Shown: positions 17,223-26,629 of the stretch, piece after piece
Position numbering within the stretch: the stretch's first letter is position 1
Layout of the letters: the number at the start of each line of letters is the position of its first letter
Assembly: GCA_963555985.3 (NCBI GenBank)
Contig: OY820591.1
Location: 2,688,001 to 2,752,000, forward strand
Origin: Dehalococcoidia bacterium
GTDB lineage: Bacteria; Chloroflexota; Dehalococcoidia; Bin125
Length of the DNA: 64,000 nucleotides
Reading direction: 5' to 3'
Program-made: the position numbers and the translations under genes
The notes under the pieces: model-generated
What the model saw: the letters and a program-made list of their open reading frames with translations, nothing else
Told to the model about the DNA's origin: nothing
Databases searched by the model: none

Positions 17223-18200
17223 ATGCTCCTAGACGAACTGCAAACCCTGATCGAAACCCTCCAAGACCGCATCACCAAACACGCCCCCGCCCTCCGCCAA
17301 AGCGAGGCCCTCACCCGCTACGCCCTGATCGATCCCCTCCTGCGCGAACTAGGCTGGGACACATCAGACCCGTCGCAGGTGTTGGTGGAGTACAAGGTGG
17401 GAAAAGAGAGGGCGGATTACGCGCTCATCGGAGACGACGGCAAACCTCATGTCATCGTCGAAGCCAAGAAGTTGGGCGAGCCGCTGAGCGACCACATCAC
17501 GCAGCTCGTCAACTACTGCATTCAGGACGGCATCGCACACTGCGTCCTGACTGACGGTCGGCACTGGGAGTTGTACGAGACCTTTCGCCCCGTCCCGCTC
17601 AATGACAAACGGGTGGTGACGCTCGATCTTGAGGACGCATCGGCTAAGACTTGCCTCAACGCTCTGGCGCTCTGGCGGCCAAGTGTGGCCGAGGGACATG
17701 TGCGAGTCGGAGTGACGCCGGTCGTTCCTACCGAGCCAATTGAATCCTCAACCCCGGTCAAGCCATCTCCGCCATCGGCTCCCGATGACTCACCCACTCC
17801 CAAGGTCTTATCGACCGAGACCGACACGAACAGCGGCTGGGTGCCACTGTCAGCCTTGAAAGCAAAGCGAGGCGACAAGCCACGAGAATTACGGCTCCCA
17901 TCTGGAAAGACACATCAAGTCTCGCTGTGGGCAAACCTCGCAATGGAAGCGGTGCGGTGGCTGGTTGACAACGGCAAATTGACCGAAAAGGACATCCCCA
18001 TTTCGGCAGGACCCCAGCGATATCGCGTTGCCGTAAAGCCAGTGCATAAGAACGGGAGAAAATTCTCCCTGGTCCGACAGGTAAATGGGTTCTATCTCGA
18101 AACGGCTTTCAATGCACCAAGCCACGTAGTCAACTTGCGCACCATCATCACCCACGTCGGCCAAAACCCAGCCGACTTCGCCGTCCGACTCGCAAACTGA
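17223..18200 (+). CDS. HsdR N-terminal-like PD-(D/E)XK nuclease with C-terminal domain
   Basis: EALTRYALIDPLLRELGWD, RADYAL, VEAKKL, QLVNY, LTDGRHW; Pro-rich linker. Confidence 0.8.
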   Translation: MLLDELQTLIETLQDRITKHAPALRQSEALTRYALIDPLLRELGWDTSDPSQVLVEYKVGKERADYALIGDDGKPHVIVEAKKLGEPLSDHITQLVNYCIQDGIAHCVLTDGRHWELYETFRPVPLNDKRVVTLDLEDASAKTCLNALALWRPSVAEGHVRVGVTPVVPTEPIESSTPVKPSPPSAPDDSPTPKVLSTETDTNSGWVPLSALKAKRGDKPRELRLPSGKTHQVSLWANLAMEAVRWLVDNGKLTEKDIPISAGPQRYRVAVKPVHKNGRKFSLVRQVNGFYLETAFNAPSHVVNLRTIITHVGQNPADFAVRLAN

Positions 18201-18201
18201 A

Positions 18202-18429
18202 TCACCCCTCCGGCGGAGCCTCCAAATACACGATGTCGCTCACCAACAGCGGACGCGGAATCGCGCGGAAGAACCCCAGGTGCGGATTCCACTGACGAAT
18301 CGACTCCAACGCCTCCTCCGGATCCACGTCCGGCAACTCCCGCGCCGCCAGCGACTCCAACGTGTCGTCCGACCGTGGACGAGTCTGTTTGCGCAGCGGA
18401 ACCAGCGGCTTTGGATCGCGAGTCGGCAT
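18202..18429 (-). CDS. Small stand-alone LysM-like protein (75 aa)
   Basis: RPRSDDTLESLAAR...IRQWNPHL...LLVSDIVYL; TATCTT 7 nt before ATG. Confidence 0.55.
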   Translation of the reverse strand: MPTRDPKPLVPLRKQTRPRSDDTLESLAARELPDVDPEEALESIRQWNPHLGFFRAIPRPLLVSDIVYLEAPPEG

Positions 18430-18495
18430 ATTCGCTAAGATACGCAAAATTCCCTTGCGCGGGAACCTCTCCCGCGCCTGACGCTGGAGCCTCCG

Positions 18496-20205
18496 ATGCC
18501 CGACACCTACGACCTCGTGATCCGCAACGCCTACCTCTACGACGGAACCGGAATGCCCGGCTACCGAGGTGAGATCGGCATCCGCAACGGCCGCATCGCC
18601 AAAGTGGGGCGCATCGCCGAACAAGGCGCGCAGGAGCTCGACGCCGGCGGACTCGCCGCCGCCCCCGGCTTCATTGACCCCCACACTCACTACGACGCCC
18701 AACTCTGCTGGGACGGACAGGCCCGCCCCTCGCTCGAACACGGCGTCACCACCGTCGTCACCGGCAACTGCTCGCTCTCCCTCGCCCCGCTTAAGGAGTG
18801 GCAGCGCGGACGCCTCTGCCGCATGTTCCGCCAGATCGAAGACCTGCCCATGGCCGCTTTCGACGACGGCATCAACTGGGTCTGGGAGTCCTTCGAGGAC
18901 TACCTCGAAGCGCTCAAGCCTGGACTCGCCGTCAACGTCGCCCCGCTGGTCGGACATTCCGCCATTCGCATGTGGGTCATGGGCGACGACGCCCACGAGC
19001 GCGAGGCCACCGCCGACGAGGTCGCGCAAATGCAAGAAATGCTGCGCGAGTGCCTCGAAGCCGGCGCCAGCGGCCTCAGCACCTCCTACGTCGACATCGA
19101 CGAGCAGTGGAAGCCCGTCCCCAGCCGGCTCGCCAATCACGACGAGATCCGCGCGCTGGCCGAGACCCTCGGCGAAGTCGGGCACGGCGTGCTCCAGATC
19201 GTGCCCGAGTTCTACGACACCTCACTCATGCTCAGCCGCGTCGACATGCTCGCCGAACTCTCCCTCGAATACGGCATCCCCACCACCCTCTCGCCCCTGT
19301 TCCAGTCGCCCCAGACGCCGGAGCTGCCCGGCGCGGTGCTCTCCCGCGTCCGCGAGTGGTCCGAGCTCGGCGCCCGCGTCTGGCCCCAGGTCCAAACCCG
19401 CCCAATCGACATCAACTTCACCCTCCGCGAGCGCAACTTCATGCTGCTCGCCATGCCCACCTGGTTCGAGGTCCTCAACCTGCCCACCAAAGAAGAAAAG
19501 ATCGCCCGCTACCGCGACCCCGAAACCCGCGCCCAACTGGTCTCCGAAGTCGCCCCCGAAGGCGCGACCTTCCTCGGCAACCGCGTCGCCGACGCCTACG
19601 TGCGCGGCGTCGCCCTCGAGAAAAACCGCCCGCTGCTGGGCCGCACCCTCGGCGACATCGCCAAAGAGCGCGGTACCACCCCGGCCGGCGTCATGATCGA
19701 CATCGCCCTCGAAGAAGACCTCGACACCGAGTTCAAGAACGCCGCCCTCAGCCACACCGACTCCGAGATCGTCGGTGAGATGCTGGCCGACGATTATGTG
19801 ATGGTCGGCGCCTCCGACGCCGGCGCCCACGTCCAGGCCTTCGCCACCAACGGCGACACTGGCTACCTCTTCTCCGAGTTCGTCCGCAAGACCGGCGCGC
19901 TCAACATGGCCCAGGCAGTCAAAAAGATCACCCACGACACCGCCCAGGCCTGGGGCCTCCGCGACCGCGGCCTGCTCCACCCGGGCTACGGCGCAGACAT
20001 CGTGATCTTCGACCCTGAACAAATCGCCAGAGGCGACGAATTCGGCGTCCACGACCTCCCCGGCGACGGCTACCGCTACGTCCGCAACGCCGTCGGCGTA
20101 GACACCGTCATCGTCAACGGAGAAGTCGCCTACAGCGCCAAAACCGGCTACACCACCGCCGCCGCCGGAGACGTAGTCACCCTCCAAACCCCCGCCGCCG
20201 TCTAG
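18496..20205 (+). CDS. N-acyl-D-amino-acid deacylase-like amidohydrolase
   Basis: DLVIRNA.LYDGTG, PGFIDPHTHYD, VVTGNCS, SDAGAH, ADIVIFDP. Confidence 0.9.
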   Translation: MPDTYDLVIRNAYLYDGTGMPGYRGEIGIRNGRIAKVGRIAEQGAQELDAGGLAAAPGFIDPHTHYDAQLCWDGQARPSLEHGVTTVVTGNCSLSLAPLKEWQRGRLCRMFRQIEDLPMAAFDDGINWVWESFEDYLEALKPGLAVNVAPLVGHSAIRMWVMGDDAHEREATADEVAQMQEMLRECLEAGASGLSTSYVDIDEQWKPVPSRLANHDEIRALAETLGEVGHGVLQIVPEFYDTSLMLSRVDMLAELSLEYGIPTTLSPLFQSPQTPELPGAVLSRVREWSELGARVWPQVQTRPIDINFTLRERNFMLLAMPTWFEVLNLPTKEEKIARYRDPETRAQLVSEVAPEGATFLGNRVADAYVRGVALEKNRPLLGRTLGDIAKERGTTPAGVMIDIALEEDLDTEFKNAALSHTDSEIVGEMLADDYVMVGASDAGAHVQAFATNGDTGYLFSEFVRKTGALNMAQAVKKITHDTAQAWGLRDRGLLHPGYGADIVIFDPEQIARGDEFGVHDLPGDGYRYVRNAVGVDTVIVNGEVAYSAKTGYTTAAAGDVVTLQTPAAV

Positions 20206-20261
20206 GGTTGGTCTACATCGACCCAAACCAATTCCATCATACCCGCGCGCGGCCCTTAACC

Positions 20262-20310
20262 GATCTCCCCCTTGAGGGGGAGATGCCGCGCAGCGGCAGA
20301 GGGGGTGGGA
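20262..20310. repeat. REP-like double hairpin (family A) between convergent genes
   Basis: CTCCCCCTTGAGGGGGAGATGCCGCGCAGCGGCAGAGGGGG. Confidence 0.8.
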
Positions 20311-20346
20311 CGCCCCATAGATCACCCAACGAGCGCCGCCACCCAG

Positions 20347-22824
20347 TCAGTCCCGCTGACCAAACTCCCGGCTCGTATCCACCACCGCAATCGCCGCAAT
20401 CCCCTCCTCCGCCGTCATCACCTTGACCCCCTTGGTCGAGCGCCCGCACTGACGCACCTCGCCCACCCGCGTGCGCAGAATCTTGCCGCCCCCGGAAATC
20501 AACACCAACTCCTCATCCCCGCGCACCACCGCCATCCCAACGACGTTGCCCGTCTCCTCTGCCGACACCCTGTGCCCGATCATCCCCTTGCCCCCACGAC
20601 CCTTGCTGCCGTACTCCGACTCTGCCGTGCGCTTGCCAAACCCGCGCGAGGTCACCGTGAGAATGTCCGCCTCCGGACGGATCGTCTGGAGCCCGACCAG
20701 CGCATCGCCCTCAGGCACCACAATCCCCCGCACGCCCCCGCTAATCCGCGAAGCGTCGCGCAGCTTATCCACCGAGAAGCGCAGCGCCTGGCCCGCGCTG
20801 GTCGTCACGATCACATCATCGCCCGCGTGCGCGAAGGCCGCTTCCACGAGTTCATCGTCTTCGTCGAGGTTGAAGGCTTGCAGCCCGCTCCGCCGCACAT
20901 TGGCGAAGTTGTCCAGCCGCGTCTTCTTCACCTCGCCCTGGCGCGTGCCCAGAATGATGAAATCGTCCTCGAAGCTGGTCACCGGAATAATCGTCGTCAC
21001 CCGCTCGTCCAACTGCAACTCAACCACATTCCGCACCGGCAGACCGCGCCACTCCCGCGAGCGCGCCTCGACCTCATGCGCCTGGAGCCCGTAGACCCGC
21101 CCCCGGCTCGTAAACATCAGCAGATGATCGTGCGTGTCGCACGCGATCAACCGCGCCGGAGCCTCCACTTCGCTCGCCCCGTTACGCCGGTTCTCGATCC
21201 CCTTCACCCCCTTGCCCCCCCGCCGCTGCGAGCGGAAGGCGTCCACCGGCTGCCGCTTGATGTACCCGTGCCGCGTCAGCGTCACCACCGACGCCTGGTG
21301 CGGCACCAGATCCGCTTCGCTGAACTCCCCCACCGAGCGCGGAACGATCCGCGTCCGCCGATCCTCCCCGTAGACCTCCACTAACTCGTCGAAATCGTCC
21401 CCGATCACGCCGTCGATCTTCTTCGGATCGTCCAGCAGCCCCTGGAGATACGCGATCGTCTCCGTCAGCTCCCGGTACTCCTCCTCGAGCTTGGATCGCT
21501 CAAGCTGAGCCAGCCGCCGCAACTGCATCTCCAGCACCGCCTGCGCCTGACGCTGAGACAGCTCAAACGGATCCTCCTGCAAGCGCTCGCGCGCCGCATC
21601 AGCCGATTCGGCCGCCCGGATCGCCGCGATGATCGCGTCGATCATCCCGATCGCCCGCAGCAAACCCTCCACGATGTGGTGCCGCGCCCGCGCCTTCTCC
21701 AGATCAAACTCCGTCCGCCGTGTGATGATCACCCGCCGGTGATTGATGAACTCCCGCAGCAGCTGATACAGCGTCAGCGTGCGCGGGCGGCCGTTCACCA
21801 GCGCGACAAAGTTGCCGTGGTACTTGATCTGCAAGTCGGTCGATTTATAGAGCTGCGCCAGAATCGTCTGCACATGCCCGTCGCGGGTCAGCTCCACCAC
21901 CAGCCGCATCCCGTGCCGATCCGACTCGTCACGCAGATCGCGGATCCCCTCGATCTTCTTGTCCCGCACCTGATTGGCGATCTGCTCGATAATCCGCACC
22001 TTGTTCGTCTGGTACGGAATCTCGGTGAAGACGATCTGCACCCGGTTGCCCTGCGCCGTCTCCTCCAGATGCTGCTGCGCGCGCACCGTGAAACCGCCCC
22101 GCCCGGTGCCGTAGACCCGGCGCAAATCTTCACTGCCCTCGCCCGCGAAAATGATCCCGGCCGTGGGAAAGTCCGGACCCTTGATCTGCTCCATCACATC
22201 CGCGAGCGTCGCGTCCTCTTTGTCCAGCAGCGTCTTGATCGCGCCCGCGACTTCGCTCAGGTTGTGCGGGGGAATATCGCAGGCCATCGCCACCGCGATC
22301 CCCGTCGCACCGTTCAGCAGTAAATTCGGCACGCGCGCCGGCAGCACGCTCGGCTCGTTCAACGATTCATCAAAGTTGGGCGTGAAATCGACGGTATCTT
22401 TGTCGAGATCACCCAGCATTTCCTCGGCGATCCTGCTCAGACGCGCCTCCGTATAACGCATCGCCGCAGGCGGATCATTATCAATCGAACCAAAGTTGCC
22501 CTGACCGTCGATCAATGGATTACGCAGGCTAAAGTTCTGCGCCATCCGTACCATCGCGTCGTAGACCGGCTGATCCGAGTGCGGGTGATACTTTCCCAGC
22601 ACTTCGCCCACGATCCGGGCCGACTTCCGGTGCGGCTGATTCGCCCTCATGCCGAGGTCGTCCATCGCGTAGAGAATCCGCCGCTGCACCGGTTTCAGAC
22701 CGTCCCGCACATCTGGTAGCGCGCGCGACACGATCACGCTCATCGCGTAATCCAGGTAGGACGAACTCATCTCCTCGACGAGCGTCCGAATCGGTGGAGC
22801 CGGATCCTGCGATTCAGTAACCAA
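20347..22824 (-). CDS. gyrA: DNA gyrase subunit A
   Basis: [23 protein letters not shown], GyrA box QRRGGKG, pinwheel repeats. Confidence 0.96.
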   Translation of the reverse strand: MVTESQDPAPPIRTLVEEMSSSYLDYAMSVIVSRALPDVRDGLKPVQRRILYAMDDLGMRANQPHRKSARIVGEVLGKYHPHSDQPVYDAMVRMAQNFSLRNPLIDGQGNFGSIDNDPPAAMRYTEARLSRIAEEMLGDLDKDTVDFTPNFDESLNEPSVLPARVPNLLLNGATGIAVAMACDIPPHNLSEVAGAIKTLLDKEDATLADVMEQIKGPDFPTAGIIFAGEGSEDLRRVYGTGRGGFTVRAQQHLEETAQGNRVQIVFTEIPYQTNKVRIIEQIANQVRDKKIEGIRDLRDESDRHGMRLVVELTRDGHVQTILAQLYKSTDLQIKYHGNFVALVNGRPRTLTLYQLLREFINHRRVIITRRTEFDLEKARARHHIVEGLLRAIGMIDAIIAAIRAAESADAARERLQEDPFELSQRQAQAVLEMQLRRLAQLERSKLEEEYRELTETIAYLQGLLDDPKKIDGVIGDDFDELVEVYGEDRRTRIVPRSVGEFSEADLVPHQASVVTLTRHGYIKRQPVDAFRSQRRGGKGVKGIENRRNGASEVEAPARLIACDTHDHLLMFTSRGRVYGLQAHEVEARSREWRGLPVRNVVELQLDERVTTIIPVTSFEDDFIILGTRQGEVKKTRLDNFANVRRSGLQAFNLDEDDELVEAAFAHAGDDVIVTTSAGQALRFSVDKLRDASRISGGVRGIVVPEGDALVGLQTIRPEADILTVTSRGFGKRTAESEYGSKGRGGKGMIGHRVSAEETGNVVGMAVVRGDEELVLISGGGKILRTRVGEVRQCGRSTKGVKVMTAEEGIAAIAVVDTSREFGQRD

Positions 22825-22906
22825 GCCGTCACCCCATCGTTCTCATTGACTATTCACGTCCGGTTGCGAACGCGAACGATATCAATGACCTGTTATATAC
22901 ATGATA

Positions 22907-23629
22907 TCACAGTTGAGCGATGCGTGTAGCCCAATTCGCCCCGCCGCGATCAACGATCTCCCAGCCCGCCGGCGGCGCTTGCGCAGCCGATCCGAACCCA
23001 TCGAACCCCTCCCCGACCTCATGCTGAGCGTGATCATCCAGCCAAACCGCGCCCGCGCCCGAACGAAGCACCGAGTCGAACCACCACGCATAGACCCGCT
23101 CCGGGCGCGGCAGCGGCGAGGCGAGCCTCACCAGCGCGCTAAGCGCACGCCCGCCCGCGAGCGCGTAGCGCGGCCCCTCAGTCGCGCTAATCAGCTCCAG
23201 CTGCGCAGGCGTCAGCCACTGCAACCAGGTATCCGTCGCCGCCCCCGGCCGCAGAGCCAGCGTGACCGGCACATACCCCTTGCGGGAGCGAATCGGGCAA
23301 TAAGCGACATCCACCCCCGCAACTCGGGCCCGGACAGTAATCAGCCCTTCTGCGTCGGCTGGCGAGCCGCGCATTTTGTCATACAGCTGACGCGGGTAAG
23401 CATTACTGCCCACAGCCAGCAGAGCAACGCGACCCTCGAGACCAACCCCGCCGCTCTCCCGAAACCAGGCCTCAAGCCCAGCCACATCCGGCGGCGAGCG
23501 AAAAGGAAAAACCCGCCCCGAGCGATACGCGAAGTCAGTCCGCTGCTCAAGCCCACGCCCATCCGGATACAGCCACGGCTGCACAGTCAGAGAGGGAAAC
23601 CCCAGAACATCAAAAGCGCGCTCAAACAT
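22907..23629 (-). CDS. Hypothetical protein, possible gamma-glutamylcyclotransferase-like fold
   Basis: LLAVGSNAYPRQL and ISATEG motifs; TAGGCT 7 nt before ATG 23629. Confidence 0.5.
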   Translation of the reverse strand: MFERAFDVLGFPSLTVQPWLYPDGRGLEQRTDFAYRSGRVFPFRSPPDVAGLEAWFRESGGVGLEGRVALLAVGSNAYPRQLYDKMRGSPADAEGLITVRARVAGVDVAYCPIRSRKGYVPVTLALRPGAATDTWLQWLTPAQLELISATEGPRYALAGGRALSALVRLASPLPRPERVYAWWFDSVLRSGAGAVWLDDHAQHEVGEGFDGFGSAAQAPPAGWEIVDRGGANWATRIAQL

Positions 23630-23654
23630 CCCCCACAGCCTAAGCAACCCACAT

Positions 23655-24150
23655 CCCCTCCCCCTTGCAGGGGGAGGTGCCGAAGGCGGAGGGGGTAGAA
23701 CACCCCAATCCTCTCCAATCCCCACCAATAGCACCTCGTCATACCCGCGCTCCGCCGCGGAGCCTGTCCCCGCGAAGGCGGGGATCACTCGCCGTGACCA
23801 GCACCAACCCCCAACACCACCTCCCCCAAATCTCCCCCTTGAGGGGGAGATGCCCCGAAGGGGCAGAGGGGGTGAAAACGCCGCAATCCTCTCCGCTGCC
23901 CCACGTCTCACTCCCTCAGTCGCTTCGTGACAGCTCCCCCGTTGAAAGCCTGTCCCCGCGTAGGGAGGCCTTTGCAAAACTCCCATTTCCGTCATTCCCG
24001 CGCACGCGGGAATCCATCCGGCGCCTCGAGCGGGATGCGGATTCCCGCCTGCGGAGACCGTCGCCAAAGCCGCGTTCCCCTCTCCCCCCTTGCGGGGGGA
24101 GATGTCGCGTAGCGCCTGCCCCCGCGCAGGCGGGGGACAGAGGGGGGATC
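23655..24150. repeat. Cluster of nested REP-like hairpins, 22-nt inserts and MITE ends
   Basis: Family A at ~23655, ~23830, ~24080; family B at ~23737; GTCATTCCCGCG doublet ~23991-24053; TIR-like ends at 23965 and 24054. Confidence 0.85.
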
Positions 24151-24235
24151 CCCGCACCCCTCCGCCTTCGGCATCACCCCCCAAGCCACTGTCGCCCACG
24201 CCACATCCAACCGCCCGCTACAGTCTCAAACCGTC

Positions 24236-24402
24236 TACCATGAACAGAACAAGAGTTGCGCCAACAGCGCTGTTCGCCTCCTCCAACCGAACCCGGCCGG
24301 GCTGAACAAACCTGAACACGCTGAACGACATTCTCCCAGCCAACACAGGAGATCCGCAATTCAGCACGCCGCGAGAAATTTCTCCCTGAACAACCTGAAC
24401 AC
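24236..24402 (+). repeat. GAAC-rich element (family C)
   Basis: TACCAT, GAACaagaGTTG, CTGAACAAACCTGAAC..AACACAGGAGATC..TTCTCCCTGAACAACCTGAAC. Confidence 0.75.
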
Positions 24403-24422
24403 CGAAACCGGAGACAACCGCC

Positions 24423-24884
24423 ATGCCCGACAAACCCAGCACGCTCAGCGCGATCGACGAGGCCAAAGCCACGCTCGATCAACGCCTTGACCGAATCGAC
24501 GAAGCCCACGGCTCCTGGGAAGGCGCTGTCGGCGACTGGTCGGTCGCCCAGCTGCTCCAGCACATGCACGGCTGGCTCACCGAAATGACCGCCGCCGTCG
24601 AGCGCATGGCCCAGGGTCAGCGTCCCACACCCGAGGGCGTGGACTATTCCGATCCCGAACAGTGGAACCCCAAGTTCGTCGCCGAACGCGGGGAACAGAC
24701 CTACGAGCAGGCCCGCAGCGCGCTGGTCGAAGCGCACGCCGGTTTTCGCGCCGCCGTCGCCCAGATCGACGCGGGACGCTTCGGCGAGGGCAAAACCATC
24801 AACCGCATGGTCGAAGGCGTCGTCACCCACCACTACGCCGAACACGCCGAAGACCTGGACGCCTATCTCGGCGGCGCGCACTAG
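24423..24884 (+). CDS. DinB/ClbS-DfsB four-helix bundle protein
   Basis: WSVAQLLQHMHGW and HHYAEH motifs; GGAG RBS. Confidence 0.8.
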   Translation: MPDKPSTLSAIDEAKATLDQRLDRIDEAHGSWEGAVGDWSVAQLLQHMHGWLTEMTAAVERMAQGQRPTPEGVDYSDPEQWNPKFVAERGEQTYEQARSALVEAHAGFRAAVAQIDAGRFGEGKTINRMVEGVVTHHYAEHAEDLDAYLGGAH

Positions 24885-24955
24885 CCCCACACTGGCCGGC
24901 GGGCGATAATCGAGCCAAACACGAGCCACCCGTATCTCAGCGAAAGCGGCCGCGC

Positions 24956-25426
24956 ATGTCCGATGACGAAAGCCTGATCACTCCGGCAATGGAAGCCGCC
25001 ATCGGCTCCGAAGGCGAGCCGGTCGAGGACACGATCGACCGCGAGCGCGTCCGCCGCCTCATGCTCGCCCTCGACGAGGACGACGCCGAGTTGATGGACG
25101 CGATCGAACGCAACGACACCTCCTACCCAATCCCGACCTACGCGCTGCTCACCACCAGCACCCGCCAGCAGCAACTCTCCGTGCCCGACACGCCCGAGCG
25201 CGCCCTCATGGCCGCCGACGCCTGGCAGGTCTCCGCCCCGATCTACCTCGGCGACACCATGACCATCGTCCCCCGCGTCGCCGACATCCAGGAGCGCATC
25301 GGCGGCCGCGTCGGACACTCGCTCTTCGTCCACCACGAGTGGGTCTACACCAACCAGCGCGGCGAGGAAGTCGCCCGCGTCCGCCGCACCGTCACCCACT
25401 TCCAGCAGCGCCACACGGGAGAGTAA
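24956..25426 (+). CDS. MaoC/FAS1-like hot-dog fold protein (N-terminal type)
   Basis: IDRERVRR, PIYLGD, YTNQRGEEVA. Confidence 0.75.
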   Translation: MSDDESLITPAMEAAIGSEGEPVEDTIDRERVRRLMLALDEDDAELMDAIERNDTSYPIPTYALLTTSTRQQQLSVPDTPERALMAADAWQVSAPIYLGDTMTIVPRVADIQERIGGRVGHSLFVHHEWVYTNQRGEEVARVRRTVTHFQQRHTGE

Positions 25427-25494
25427 CCCGCACCGTCATTCCCGCGCCCGTTTCCGTCATTCCCGCGCAAGCGGGAATCTCGATTGGATCCAAC

Positions 25495-25911
25495 ATGACG
25501 CTCAACTACGAAGACCTCAACGAAGGCGACGCGCTCCCCAACGAGCAACGCACCCCCAGCACCGAGCAGGTCGTCAGCTTCTGCAACGCCACCGGCAACG
25601 CCGGCCCCCAGTTCCTCGACGCCAACTTCGCCAAAGAGCGCATGGGCCTGCCCGGCCCGATCATCCCCGGCAACATGAAGCAGGGCTTCCTCGATCAATA
25701 CCTGCGCCGTCAGTTCGGCTCGCACCTGATCGCCCGCCTCCAACTCAATCACCGCCGCCCCGACCTGCACAACGTCGAAATGACCATCGGCGGCGAGGTC
25801 ACCAAGCTGCGCGAAGAGGACGGCCAACACTTCGCCGACCTCGAAATCCACATCGACAACCCCCAGGGCGAGCGCTCCGTACGCGGCGCAGCCACGATCG
25901 CCTTCGACTAG
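25495..25911 (+). CDS. MaoC-like hot-dog fold protein
   Basis: YEDLNEGDALP, AKERMGLPGPIIPG, NPQGE..VRGAATI. Confidence 0.75.
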   Translation: MTLNYEDLNEGDALPNEQRTPSTEQVVSFCNATGNAGPQFLDANFAKERMGLPGPIIPGNMKQGFLDQYLRRQFGSHLIARLQLNHRRPDLHNVEMTIGGEVTKLREEDGQHFADLEIHIDNPQGERSVRGAATIAFD

Positions 25912-25923
25912 CCGCAGGCCTGC

Positions 25924-26352
25924 ATGACCGTCCCGCCCCTCCGCGACCTCCCCAATCTCTCCGCAGGCGACCCCCTGCCCGAACGCCGGATCGCCCCCGG
26001 CATCATGGACGTCGCCCGCTTCATCGGCGGCTCCGGCTACGCCATCGGCATCTTCATCGACCCCGTCGCCGCCCGAGACCACGGACTCGAAGGCCCGCTC
26101 ATCCCAGCCGAATTCAAGTCGGCCTTCCTGCTCAAGTACCTGCGAGACCTCGCCGGCCCAGGCGGAACCGTGCTCAAGCTCCAAAGCGCCTTCCGCCGCC
26201 CCGACTACCACGGCAACCCAATCACCATCGCCGGCGAAATCATCCAAATCACCCCCACCGACGCCGGCGCCGAATACCAACTCGCCCTCCGCATCATCCA
26301 AGCCAACGGAGACCAAAGCGTCCGCAGCAGCGCAACGATCCTCGTTGCGTAA
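25924..26352 (+). CDS. MaoC-like hot-dog fold protein
   Basis: GDPLP, ARDHGLEGPLIP, FRRPDYHG. Confidence 0.7.
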   Translation: MTVPPLRDLPNLSAGDPLPERRIAPGIMDVARFIGGSGYAIGIFIDPVAARDHGLEGPLIPAEFKSAFLLKYLRDLAGPGGTVLKLQSAFRRPDYHGNPITIAGEIIQITPTDAGAEYQLALRIIQANGDQSVRSSATILVA

Positions 26353-26386
26353 GGCTGCTCTGAGCCTCTCCTTCTCCACCGCGGAG

Positions 26387-26575
26387 CCTGTCCCCTCGTA
26401 GGGAGACCTGTGCAAAATCCCCAATTCCGTCATTCCTGCGCAGGCAGGAATCTCGAAGCAACCAAGAGTGAAACCACTCCCAATCTGGTCGTACCACCGA
26501 CCTCACATCATGCGATCCGCTCCTCCGAGGCATCAGTCGCACGAGGCGGACTTTGCCCCGCAGGAATGACGGAAA
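26387..26575. repeat. Nested 22-nt element, MITE end and GTCATTCC hairpins
   Basis: CCTGTCCCCTCGTAGG|GAGACCTGTGCAAAATCCCC..GTCATTCCTGCGCAGGCAGGAATC; GCAGGAATGACGG near 26560. Confidence 0.7.
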
Positions 26576-26629
26576 CAGCCCAACCAGTGAGAGTGGTCTC
26601 AGCAGGACCCCGGGATGCAATCCCAGACC

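Noticed and set aside
23630-24199. N-terminal 190 codons of ORF 22907-24199
   Set aside because: Translation of nested palindromic repeats; the likely start is ATG 23629
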